In this document: positions 1-8,705 of the stretch, piece by piece | How the letters are laid out: every line of letters starts with the position of its first letter | Position numbering within the stretch: the stretch's first letter is position 1 | Assembly: GCA_965248575.1 (NCBI GenBank) | Contig: CBDFJQ010000002.1 | Coordinates: 1,568,001-1,632,000 of the forward strand | Length of the DNA stretch: 64,000 nt | Direction: 5' to 3' | DNA from: Planctomycetota bacterium | GTDB lineage: Bacteria; Planctomycetota; B15-G4 | The notes under the pieces: generated by a model | What the model was told of the DNA's origin: nothing | The model's input: only the letters and a program-made list of their open reading frames with translations | Databases searched by the model: none | Position numbers and translations under genes: made by a program

Positions 1-947
1 GCCGTGTCCACGAGCTCGTACTCGTGGATGCGGCGAACGTCCATGGTCAGCGGCCCGCCTTCGGACTCTCGTTCGAAGATGCGCACGAAGCGCGCGCCGT
101 GGACGATCTCCGTATCGGTGTAGCTGGTCCAATCGTGGACGTCCTGGGAGGTGGTGGCGTCGCGGCCACGCAGCAGCACGACGGCCTCGACCCGGAGGCG
201 AGCGTAGTCCTCCGGACTGAGCCCCTGCAAGGGGCTCTGCTCGTCGATGGGATGGACGATCGTCCAGGACAGGTGCAGGAAGGAAACCAGGCTGCGCTCC
301 AGGGGCAAGTCGTGGAAGACCCGGCGCGGCGCGCCGCCGGTGTCATCGCCTTCGACGAAACTCGACAGCATGACCTTGGCGTGCAGGTCCAGCAGTTGGT
401 TCCGACGGCGATTCGCGATGCGTAGCATGAGCCCCGTGCCGCCACGGTAGGGAGCAACCACGGCACGGTCGCTCCAGGCGATGTCGGGAGCGGGGCGCGA
501 GAAACGCGCGAAGACCAGCCCCGTCCCCAACGCCACCAACACCAAGGAGCAGAAGGCCTGCACCATCATGACCACGTTGGCTGCCAGTCCTGATGGTGCG
601 AGCTGACCGTAGCCCACCGTGGACGAAGTCTGCACGGAGAGAAACAGCGCCTGCAGGAAGCGCCCGTAGGTAGCCGGTCCGGTGATGGCGCCCTCACCGC
701 AGGCGATGTAAGCCGCAGCGAAGAGCAGGTTGAACGCCAGGTAGGCCAGCGCCGCACCCAGCAAGAACCAACCCCAACGCGTGGTGAGCATGCGGTGGTA
801 GAGGCTGAGCCGGGCGCGCCAACTGCCTCCGACGTGAGCCACCGAGAAGCTGCCGTCCCGCTCCACCAGCCGCGACGCGCGCGACGCGAGAGACCCGAAG
901 CCCAAGTCGCGATCTTCATCAGTCTCGGGGTTCTCGCGGCGGACCAT
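1..947 (-). CDS. Inward-rectifier potassium channel (KirBac family), 3' end runs off the window
   Basis: Not in the ORF track because there is no stop. Manual translation from ATG 947: MVRRENPETDEDRDLGFG...LYHRMLTTRWGWF...FLSVQTSSTVGYG (K+ filter)...TGLVFARFSRP...LMLRIANRRRNQL...SWTIVHPIDEQSPL, typical Kir motifs. Confidence 0.93.
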   Translation of the reverse strand, partial: MVRRENPETDEDRDLGFGSLASRASRLVERDGSFSVAHVGGSWRARLSLYHRMLTTRWGWFLLGAALAYLAFNLLFAAAYIACGEGAITGPATYGRFLQALFLSVQTSSTVGYGQLAPSGLAANVVMMVQAFCSLVLVALGTGLVFARFSRPAPDIAWSDRAVVAPYRGGTGLMLRIANRRRNQLLDLHAKVMLSSFVEGDDTGGAPRRVFHDLPLERSLVSFLHLSWTIVHPIDEQSPLQGLSPEDYARLRVEAVVLLRGRDATTSQDVHDWTSYTDTEIVHGARFVRIFERESEGGPLTMDVRRIHEYELVDT

Positions 948-954
948 GCGGCCG

Positions 955-960
955 ATGGTA
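955..960 (-). promoter_or_regulatory. Putative -10 hexamer (TACCAT) of a leaderless transcript
   Basis: TACCAT lies 7 nt upstream of ATG 947, with no Shine-Dalgarno sequence. Confidence 0.55.
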
Positions 961-1036
961 CTTCAGGGGATCGGTCGCTCGCATACCCGCACTCGCTCCT
1001 CTGACGAATCAGGGGCGGCGCGGTTCCTGAGCGCGG

Positions 1037-1042
1037 TACGAT
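1037..1042 (+). promoter_or_regulatory. Putative -10 hexamer (TACGAT) of a leaderless transcript
   Basis: TACGAT lies 7 nt upstream of ATG 1050, with no SD. Confidence 0.55.
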
Positions 1043-1049
1043 CCCCGGC

Positions 1050-2345
1050 ATGCTTCTCCTGAAGATCGGGCTTTGCGCATCGGCTTCCATCGTGCCGGCC
1101 GTCTGTCTCATCACCTGCACCCTGCTGGGTCTCCCGACCGTCGCCGCTCAACCCTTTGCCGCTCAACAGGCACCACTTGGAACGGGGAGTTCGGTCGTAG
1201 CCACCGGCACGAGCGCACGGCTTCACGAGAGGGGCCCATCCCCCCCGCCTGTCTCTCCACCTTCCGACTTCGTGCATGTGGTCGGGCATCAACTGGTCGC
1301 ACAGGGCAAGCCGTTCCACTTCGCGGGCTGGAACACCTACTACCTGATGGTCTATGCCGCTGATGCGGGGCTGGTCCCCCTGGTTGATGAGGTGTTCAAC
1401 GATGCGGACGCCTTGGGACTCTCGGTGCTGCGAACCTGGGCCTTCAACGACGGCGCAGGCCAATGGAACGCCCTGCAGACGGCACCCGGCACCTATGACG
1501 AACAGGTGTTTCGCGGCCTCGACTACGTGGTCTGGCAAGCGGGGCTGCGCGGCGTCCGCCTGATCCTGCCGTTGGTGAACAACTGGGACGACTACGGCGG
1601 CATGAACCAGTACGTCGCTTGGAGCCCCACGGCGACGGGCCACGACGACTTCTACAGCGACCCCTCCTGCCAGCAGTGGTTCAAGAACCACGTGACGGCC
1701 GTGCTGAAGCGCGTGAACACCTACACGAACATCGCCTATCGAGACGACCCAACGATCCTGGCCTGGGAGCTGGCGAACGAAGCGCGTTGCGTCTCGGACA
1801 GCAGCGGCGCCACGCTGCAGTCATGGCTCGATACCATGGCTGCACACGTCAAGGCCGTGGACCCCAACCACCTGCTCACAACAGGCATCGAGGGGTTCTA
1901 CGCTGGCGACCAGGCTGCGAAGAACCCAGCCAGCTGGATGAGCACTCAGGGCGTCGACTTCATCGCCAATCACTCAGGGCCGGACATCGACTTTGCGAGC
2001 GTGCATCTCTGGCCCGATAGTTGGGGCTTCAACCTCTCGGACACTGTGCAATGGGTGTCCGACCACGGGGAGGACGGCCTCGAGCTGCTCAACAAGCCCG
2101 TTGTCGTCGAGGAATTCGGGAAGCAGGGATCGCTCTCGACGCGCGACCTCTACTACCAGGCCATCTACCAGGCGGCCTATGACCTGGCCACGTCAGGAGG
2201 CGCCCTCGCCGGCACCAACTTCTGGTCGCTCTACCACGATGCCTATGCGCCCTTCGACGACGGATACGGCGTGTTCGCCCCTGCGGACGTCAGCACGACG
2301 GCCATCATCATGAACGAAGCAGCCTTGATCCACGCGTTGCCTTGA
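1050..2345 (+). CDS. Secreted GH5 endo-beta-1,4-mannanase (GH5_7-like)
   Basis: Signal-like N-terminus; motifs VLRTWAFNDG, LVNNWDDYGGM, WELANEARC (acid/base Glu), SVHLWPD, VVEEFG (nucleophile). Confidence 0.9.
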   Translation: MLLLKIGLCASASIVPAVCLITCTLLGLPTVAAQPFAAQQAPLGTGSSVVATGTSARLHERGPSPPPVSPPSDFVHVVGHQLVAQGKPFHFAGWNTYYLMVYAADAGLVPLVDEVFNDADALGLSVLRTWAFNDGAGQWNALQTAPGTYDEQVFRGLDYVVWQAGLRGVRLILPLVNNWDDYGGMNQYVAWSPTATGHDDFYSDPSCQQWFKNHVTAVLKRVNTYTNIAYRDDPTILAWELANEARCVSDSSGATLQSWLDTMAAHVKAVDPNHLLTTGIEGFYAGDQAAKNPASWMSTQGVDFIANHSGPDIDFASVHLWPDSWGFNLSDTVQWVSDHGEDGLELLNKPVVVEEFGKQGSLSTRDLYYQAIYQAAYDLATSGGALAGTNFWSLYHDAYAPFDDGYGVFAPADVSTTAIIMNEAALIHALP

Positions 2346-2372
2346 CGAGGCGAGACGAGCCGCCCGCCGGGC

Positions 2373-2951
2373 CTACTTGGACCGCTCGGCCAGGTACTCC
2401 GCCGTCCCCTCGCCGCTCAATTTCGCTGCGTCCTTCAAGCGACCGTTGACGGTTGGCGACATGAGCAAGTCGTAGTGCACACCGAGGTCCAGGTAGATCT
2501 CGTCGAGCACTTCGCCCAACTTGCTCTTGATCTCAACCTGGACATGGACTCGAGCCACGGCGAGCCACGCGGGAATGCGGTAGTACCCCGTATCGATCCT
2601 CGTTGTGAACGGCCGCAAGACGAACTCGGCATCGGGGTCCACCCTCAGGCCAGCGCGCAGCATCTCCGTTGAAAGCGCCGCATCGAAGTTCGTCCGGATG
2701 TTGGTCTTGATGGTGGCCCACTTATCCAGTTCGTCGCCCTTCGCAGCGAGGAACTCGCTCTCCGGCTTGCTATCAACCTGGAGGTCGAGCAACTCGAGCG
2801 GTTGGACCGCGTAGGCCCGGATGCCGGTGAATGGATTCGGTTCAGCACTTCTCACGACGACATAGGGCGTGCCACAGGCGACGCTCAACCCCAGGATGAG
2901 AACGCAGCAGGAAAGCGCAAGCTTGTGCGGTGCAGGATGAGTCCAGGCCAT
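2373..2951 (-). CDS. Lipoprotein of unknown function
   Basis: 192 aa; hydrophobic leader ending in lipobox LSVA-C; purine-rich RBS; downstream of napB in the same direction. Confidence 0.7.
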   Translation of the reverse strand: MAWTHPAPHKLALSCCVLILGLSVACGTPYVVVRSAEPNPFTGIRAYAVQPLELLDLQVDSKPESEFLAAKGDELDKWATIKTNIRTNFDAALSTEMLRAGLRVDPDAEFVLRPFTTRIDTGYYRIPAWLAVARVHVQVEIKSKLGEVLDEIYLDLGVHYDLLMSPTVNGRLKDAAKLSGEGTAEYLAERSK

Positions 2952-3041
2952 GGCGAGCCCCTTTCGTCGAGGTCAGTTGGAGACGAACTCGCCCATCATA
3001 GTCACGCCATCGTCGGCGAGCGACCACTGCGCCAGACGGCC

Positions 3042-3986
3042 CTAGCGGTCGGGAGGCGAAAAGCTGCGATCGGCGAACGGCGCGCTTTGAGGCACATGGC
3101 ACTGCACACACTGGCCCCGCCGGGGGTGGCTGGTGCGCAGACCCTCGTAGCCCGTCTTGCCGTGGCAACTCAGGCAGCGGCCCCGGAGCAGAAGGGTGTG
3201 AGGAATGCTCGGCGGCATGCCCTGCGGGTGATCGGCCTCCAGCACCTGGCTGGTCACTGCGGGGCGGCTGCCCGCGAAGCCGTTGCCCTGCCAGTGCAGA
3301 GATGAGGAGGGCAAAGCGACCTGCCCGCCCTCGCCTCGACCTTCGGCGGCACGCGAGGAGAATTCCCGGTGGCGCGACTCCACGTGGCACTGCAGGCACT
3401 GAGACAGTTCCGTGTGGGCCATGGGCCGCGCCGTCCGGTCACCCATCACGAGGCCAGTGTCATGGCAGTCAAGACACTGACGGCTGCCCTTGCCGAAAAC
3501 GGTCGAGTGCGGCATGGCCGGCGGCGCCCCCTCGTAGGTACGGCGCGAGGCACGCAGCTCCAGGCTCTCTTGCCGGGCTGACTCCCGATCCCTTGCCAAG
3601 ACGAAGTACGGCAACTTGCCGGACTCCGGCGTGAGCAAGGTGCTGAGCTTGCGGTTCCGGGACTCGAGGGGGCGTTCCCCGAGCAGCGAGCCCAAGGCCA
3701 TGCCGCCAGTCTCGGGGGTGGGCGCCCGCCATGCGTCAACCTCAGCTTCCGCGGCAGAAGGGGCCACGCTCTGCGCTGGAGCGTCAACGCTTTGCACAGG
3801 GTCGGCAACGCTCTGCGCAGGCGCCATGGCCTGCGGCGCGGGTTCGGCTTCTGGTTCCTTCTCCGCCGCCGGCCGGCTCGTCTCGCCCGTCGGAGCATCA
3901 GACACGCACGACGTGCTGCCCCCGATCATGGCCCCCAAGATGAGGGCCCCCGAGGCGACGGACAGGCAGCTGCTCCAGCACGTCAT
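3042..3986 (-). CDS. napB: NapB-like cytochrome c subunit of periplasmic nitrate reductase, with 4 CxxCH motifs
   Basis: NapB-like RRTYEGAPPAMPH and PPSIPH; CLDCH, CLQCH, CLSCH, CVQCH; starts 9 bp after napA. Confidence 0.85.
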   Translation of the reverse strand: MTCWSSCLSVASGALILGAMIGGSTSCVSDAPTGETSRPAAEKEPEAEPAPQAMAPAQSVADPVQSVDAPAQSVAPSAAEAEVDAWRAPTPETGGMALGSLLGERPLESRNRKLSTLLTPESGKLPYFVLARDRESARQESLELRASRRTYEGAPPAMPHSTVFGKGSRQCLDCHDTGLVMGDRTARPMAHTELSQCLQCHVESRHREFSSRAAEGRGEGGQVALPSSSLHWQGNGFAGSRPAVTSQVLEADHPQGMPPSIPHTLLLRGRCLSCHGKTGYEGLRTSHPRRGQCVQCHVPQSAPFADRSFSPPDR

Positions 3987-3995
3987 GACTTCACC

Positions 3996-6431
3996 TCACT
4001 CCCCCGCTGCGACAGGCTTCAGGCTCACCGCGCACTTCTTGTAGTCCGGTTGCTTGCTGATGGGATCGATGGCATCCAGCGTCAAGCGATTGATCTGGCG
4101 CTGCTCATCGAAGAAGGGAACGAAGACCGACCCCCGTGGGGGCGCACCTCGCCCTCCAACCCAGGCAGGCATCTGCAAGCTCCCACGCCGGGTGCTCAGC
4201 TCCACCTGCTGGCCGTTGGAAATGCCGAGCTCCGAGGCGTCCTGAGCGTTCAGCTCCACATAGGCATTGGGCATGGCGGCTGCGAGATCCGGCACGACTC
4301 CTGTCAGGGTTCCGGTGTGCCAGTGTTCGAGTACGCGCCCTGTGCACAACCAGAAGGGATAGTCCCCGTCGGGTATCTCCGGCGGAGCTGCATAGGGCCG
4401 GAACCAGATCTGGGCCCTGCCGTCCTTGGTCGTGGAGTGATAGAAGTCCACGCCCTTTCCGGCTGCGACGTAGGGGTCCTCGCCCTCCACGAAGCGCCAA
4501 CGCGTCTCTTTCCACTGGCCGCTGGGCTGCTGCACCACCGGCCAACGCAAGCCGCGGGCCTTGACGTACTCGCCGTAGGGCGCGAGGTCCTTGTGCTTCA
4601 GGGTGGTGAAGGGGCGATACTGCTCGAACAACTTCTCGTCCACGTTCTCGTCGTAGTAGCGGTCCCACTCCCAAGCGGGGAAGGAGCCGCCCTCGTCCGA
4701 GGGGAGATCGAACAAGAAGTTGCCGTGCTTGTCCTTCATGGGCTCGAAGTCGCGCTCGAACAGGGTGTGCGCCACGGCCAGCATCTGCCAGACGTCGTCG
4801 CGCGCGCCCTGCGGCGGCTCCACCATCTTGAACCACTGCTGCGTGCGCCGTTCCGAGTTGCCGAACAAACCGTTCTTCTCGACCCACAAAGCCGACGGCA
4901 AGACGAGGTCCGCCTCGACCGTGGTGGCCGTGGGGTAGACGTCCGAGACGATCAGGAACTTGCCCTGCTCGCGCGCACGTCGATAGAAGAGGGCCTCCGT
5001 GTTGGGCAGGGACTGAGCGGGGTTGGTCACCTGCACCCAGATCGTGGAGATGCTGCCTCCCTCCTCGGCCGGTGTGCAGAAGGCATCCCACATCTTCACC
5101 GTGTGGAAGCCTGGCGTGCCTGAGACACGCCCCGCGGGCAGCTTCCAGAGGCGCTCGGCGTCGGCCCGGTGGGCTTCTTTCTTCACGATGCGACCGCCGG
5201 GCAGGGTGTGGGCGAGGGTGCCCACCTCGCGCGCCGTGCCGCAGGCGGAGGGCTGCCCCGTGAGACTCGTGGGCCCGTCCCCCGGCTTGCCGAAGTGCCC
5301 GCTCAACAAGTGCAAACCATGCACCAGGGTGTTGATCGCCGTGCCCCGGGTGTGCTGGTTCATGCCCATGCACCAGAAGCTGGCGATGCGCTTGGTGGGG
5401 TCGCCGAAGAGCCCTGCCAGCATGCGCACGTCGTCAGCTGGCACACCGGAGAGCTGCTCGACAAACTCGGGCGTGTAGGGCGCCAGGGCTTCGCGGTACT
5501 GTTCGAACGTCATGGGCACGCCGAAGAGATCCAGCGTCTCGGCATCCTGACGGAAGGCGGCGTGCTTCTCGACGAAGGCCTTGTCCCAGGTCCCGTTCGC
5601 CAAGAGCAGGTGAGCCACACCATTGGCCAGCGCAAGGTCGCCCTGGGGCCGCATGAGCAGGAAGTGATCGCAGGCATCGGTCGTGCGCGTCCGGCGCGTG
5701 CCGATGTCGATCAGGGTGACCTGCTCCCCGCGCAGGCGGCGATCCACGAGACGCGAGAAGAGGACCGGGTGCATCTCGGCCGGGTTGTTGCCCCACATGA
5801 TGGCGACATCACAGGCCTCGAGGTCGTCATAGCAGCTCGCCGGTTCGTCCACGCCATAGGTCGCGAGGAATCCAGTGACCGCGGACGCCATGCACAAGCG
5901 GGCGTTCGGGTCGATGTGGTTGTTCGCCAACCCGCCCTTGATGAACTTGTTGGCCACATAGCCTTCAGGGATCGTCCACTGCCCGCTGCCGTAGATCGCA
6001 AAGCCCGCCGGGTCGGCCTGCACCTTGTCGGCCACCACCTCGATGGCTTCCTCCCAACTGATGGGCTCGAGCTTGCCGTTGCGGCGCAGCAGGGGCGTGG
6101 TCAAACGGTTCTTGCCGTACAGGATCTCGCCGACGTGGTAGCCCTTCACGCACAGCAGGCCGCGGTTGACCTCTGCCTGCTCGTCCCCCGCTACGGCCAC
6201 GACCTTGCCTTCGGCCACACCGACCTGCACGTGGCAGCCGGTGCCGCAGAAACGACAGGGGGCCTTGTTCCACTGGATTCCAGCCAAACCACTCAAGACC
6301 GGCATCACCGGAGCCTTCTTGGCGGCGGACAGCGCGGCCGTCATGGCCACGGACTTCATGAACGTCCGCCGGTTGGGTCCGGAGGAGCTTGCGGCCGTGG
6401 AGATTCCAGGCAACCCGGACCTCAATGGCAT
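3996..6431 (-). CDS. napA: Periplasmic nitrate reductase catalytic subunit
   Basis: Tat motif NRRTFMK; 4Fe-4S motif CRFCGTGC...GLLCVKG; NARLCMASA (Mo-ligand Cys); SLTGQPSACGTAREVG; TGRVLEHWHTG; DPISKQPDYKKCAV. Confidence 0.97.
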   Translation of the reverse strand: MPLRSGLPGISTAASSSGPNRRTFMKSVAMTAALSAAKKAPVMPVLSGLAGIQWNKAPCRFCGTGCHVQVGVAEGKVVAVAGDEQAEVNRGLLCVKGYHVGEILYGKNRLTTPLLRRNGKLEPISWEEAIEVVADKVQADPAGFAIYGSGQWTIPEGYVANKFIKGGLANNHIDPNARLCMASAVTGFLATYGVDEPASCYDDLEACDVAIMWGNNPAEMHPVLFSRLVDRRLRGEQVTLIDIGTRRTRTTDACDHFLLMRPQGDLALANGVAHLLLANGTWDKAFVEKHAAFRQDAETLDLFGVPMTFEQYREALAPYTPEFVEQLSGVPADDVRMLAGLFGDPTKRIASFWCMGMNQHTRGTAINTLVHGLHLLSGHFGKPGDGPTSLTGQPSACGTAREVGTLAHTLPGGRIVKKEAHRADAERLWKLPAGRVSGTPGFHTVKMWDAFCTPAEEGGSISTIWVQVTNPAQSLPNTEALFYRRAREQGKFLIVSDVYPTATTVEADLVLPSALWVEKNGLFGNSERRTQQWFKMVEPPQGARDDVWQMLAVAHTLFERDFEPMKDKHGNFLFDLPSDEGGSFPAWEWDRYYDENVDEKLFEQYRPFTTLKHKDLAPYGEYVKARGLRWPVVQQPSGQWKETRWRFVEGEDPYVAAGKGVDFYHSTTKDGRAQIWFRPYAAPPEIPDGDYPFWLCTGRVLEHWHTGTLTGVVPDLAAAMPNAYVELNAQDASELGISNGQQVELSTRRGSLQMPAWVGGRGAPPRGSVFVPFFDEQRQINRLTLDAIDPISKQPDYKKCAVSLKPVAAGE

Positions 6432-7201
6432 GACCCTTGCCCTCCCTTGCAGTCACAGCCGTGCCCGCCTGGGATCGCGGCAGGAGCAGGTTGTGCGTCG
6501 ACGTGTCCTTCACACGCATCCAGATCCACGGCGACCACTTCGATGTCACCGACTCCGGGCATCGCTGCCAGACGCCGGGTTGCCTCTTCCGCAGCCACCG
6601 CATCGTCCGACTGCAGGACAACCGGCAAGCGGGATCCAACGGGCTTGCCCACCGCACAGTCAGGGCGTTGAGCCAAGGACGAACGCACGGCTTCAACGTC
6701 CGCATCGGGCTTCAGGACCACCACCAGGGACGCCGAGTGCTGCGCAGGTTGGGGCGCGCCCGGAAGCGAATCCGCCAAGCTGCACAGACGCTCGTAGTAG
6801 GTGTCCACGTTCATGCCGCACAAGGCGGCTCCAAACAGCTCAGCCTCCTCACGCGATGCGACGTCCAGATAATTCACCGTGGGCAGGTGATACCCCACGA
6901 TCAACGGCAGGGCGGCGGGCTGCGACTGGAACTGCGGATGCACGACGAGATCAAAACCCTCAGTCGGGCCATCCCCCCGGGGACGGGCCCACGCGAACTC
7001 CCCCGCCAGCAGGTCATCCTGCTCGAAGACGAGTCGGGTCGGAAAGCGAGCCACCTCGGGGTCGGCCAACAGCGCCGCCAGGCTTTCTTCGTCAAAGCTG
7101 GGCCCATAGGTCTTGCGGGCGTGGAGGGCCTTGTCGATGAGGTGCCCATGGAGCGCCTGACGGCCCTCCTCCTCGCTCACCTTCGTGCGTGACGGTGACA
7201 T
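6422..7201 (-). CDS. Unknown N-terminal domain fused to a NapD-like chaperone domain
   Basis: C-terminal ~80 aa (SLVVVLKPDADVEAVRSSLAQRPDCAVG...RLPVVLQS...LAAMPGVGDIEVVAVD) resembles NapD and overlaps the napA start. Start trimmed to ATG 7201. Confidence 0.7.
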   Translation of the reverse strand: MSPSRTKVSEEEGRQALHGHLIDKALHARKTYGPSFDEESLAALLADPEVARFPTRLVFEQDDLLAGEFAWARPRGDGPTEGFDLVVHPQFQSQPAALPLIVGYHLPTVNYLDVASREEAELFGAALCGMNVDTYYERLCSLADSLPGAPQPAQHSASLVVVLKPDADVEAVRSSLAQRPDCAVGKPVGSRLPVVLQSDDAVAAEEATRRLAAMPGVGDIEVVAVDLDACEGHVDAQPAPAAIPGGHGCDCKGGQGSCH

Positions 7202-7253
7202 GCGTGACGTCCTTCCTGAGGGTGCTGGCTTCGCTTCGCTGTGGACCTGATGC

Positions 7254-8705
7254 CTACTTCGAGTAGCGCTTCTTGAACTCCTGTTGGGCCGCATCGCGGC
7301 GCTCTGCCTCGCCCGGATCCATCAAGCCCAGGAACCACTTGTGGTCGTCCGAGGTGAGCACCTCGTGCAGCTTCGCCTTCAAGGCTTCGGCGCCAGCCAC
7401 GATCGCGGGGTCATCCGACTCCAGGCTCTCCTCCACCAGCTCTTCGAGCTCGGGCACATACTCCGAGTAGAAGTTCTTGGCCAGGTCGTAGGTCCCGTGC
7501 CAATGGGTGTAGTCCGGGCCCATCATGGAGGCGGCATGCCGAGCGCGACGCCCTTCGTGATGCCAGAGTTCGAACCAGATGAAGTCGATCTTGTTGGCGA
7601 ACTTGACCGGGCTCATGAGCGGCCTGGCCAGGTTGTAGAGCGCGAGACCGGGCTTCGCGTACTTCTCGTTGTAGAGCGCCTGCAGACCGTCGTACTGGAT
7701 GTAGAAGTTGTCGACCCAGCTGGAGTTGTGGCACGCACTGCACACGTCGCGCATGTTGTCGCGACGCTCCTGCCAAGGCACGCTGGCGCCGGGCAGGCCC
7801 ATCTTTGCGTCTGACTCCTCAGGCCGGATGGAGATGGCAGGCCGGTTGTTCCAGCTGATGCGCATGCCCACGTCGTGGGTCACTTCCTGCTCGCGAGTCG
7901 CGGACATGTGACAGGTCGCACAGGTGGGCGCCGCGAAGTAGTCCTCACCGACGATCCACTTGGCCGAGTCCAGGTTCATCTTGTCCTTGTTGGCGTGGTA
8001 CGCCACGCCGTGCTTGGACTCCTCGTAAATCTCGATCTGGGGGTGGTCGGGGCCCATGTGGCACTTGCCGCAGTTCTCGGGCTGCCGGGCTTGCGCCACA
8101 GAGAAGGTGTGCCGGCTGTGGCACGCGCTGCAGCTGCCTTCACTGCCATCGGGGTTGATGCGTCCGATGCCGGTGTTGGGCCAGGTAGCGGGGTCCAGAC
8201 GACCGCCTTCGAGGACCTTCACCTGGCTTCCGTGGCACTGCCAGCAACCACTCACGGCCGCCGCAGACACTCCCTCAGGAAAGCCCTCGGTCTTGAGACC
8301 GCGGTTGCCCTCCACCACCTCGGCGAGCACGTTGTCCAAGGAGCCCAGGATGCGACCGGCCTTGCTGTGGTGGGAGCCCAGGAACTGCTCCACCTCCGTG
8401 CTGTGGCAACGCGCGCAGTCCTTCGGACTGACGATCACCGCGATGCTCCGGTCGTAGTGCATGAAGGCGTCCGCGTCCTCCCGGTTCGCGGCGTGGCATT
8501 CGTAGCAGCCGATGTTGCCCCGGTAGTGCTTGCTTGCCCCCCACTGCTGGTAGAGAGCGGGGCTCTCCTCGCGGTGGCACGCGATGCACTCCTTGGTCGC
8601 CTCGCTCATCTTGGCGAGGCCGATGGCCTGTGCCGTGAGCGAGGGCGCGCATAGGACGACTGCACCCAGCCAGGCAAGGCACGCAATACGGATCTTTGGC
8701 GTCAT
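7254..8705 (-). CDS. Octaheme cytochrome c of the hydroxylamine oxidoreductase family, reductive (epsilon-Hao) type
   Basis: Start MTPKIRIA at 8705 overlaps the upstream stop; Sec signal; 8 CxxCH motifs (CIACH, CYECH, CARCH, CWQCH, CSACH, CGKCH, CATCH, CSACH); HMGPDHPQIEIYEESKHG; MMGPDYTHWHG. Confidence 0.9.
   Translation of the reverse strand: MTPKIRIACLAWLGAVVLCAPSLTAQAIGLAKMSEATKECIACHREESPALYQQWGASKHYRGNIGCYECHAANREDADAFMHYDRSIAVIVSPKDCARCHSTEVEQFLGSHHSKAGRILGSLDNVLAEVVEGNRGLKTEGFPEGVSAAAVSGCWQCHGSQVKVLEGGRLDPATWPNTGIGRINPDGSEGSCSACHSRHTFSVAQARQPENCGKCHMGPDHPQIEIYEESKHGVAYHANKDKMNLDSAKWIVGEDYFAAPTCATCHMSATREQEVTHDVGMRISWNNRPAISIRPEESDAKMGLPGASVPWQERRDNMRDVCSACHNSSWVDNFYIQYDGLQALYNEKYAKPGLALYNLARPLMSPVKFANKIDFIWFELWHHEGRRARHAASMMGPDYTHWHGTYDLAKNFYSEYVPELEELVEESLESDDPAIVAGAEALKAKLHEVLTSDDHKWFLGLMDPGEAERRDAAQQEFKKRYSK

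Noticed and set aside
7254..8705. Evidence for anammox or aerobic ammonia oxidation
   Set aside because: The protein has the reductive-type motif and sits in a nap operon; no amo, hzs or cycAB genes are in the window.
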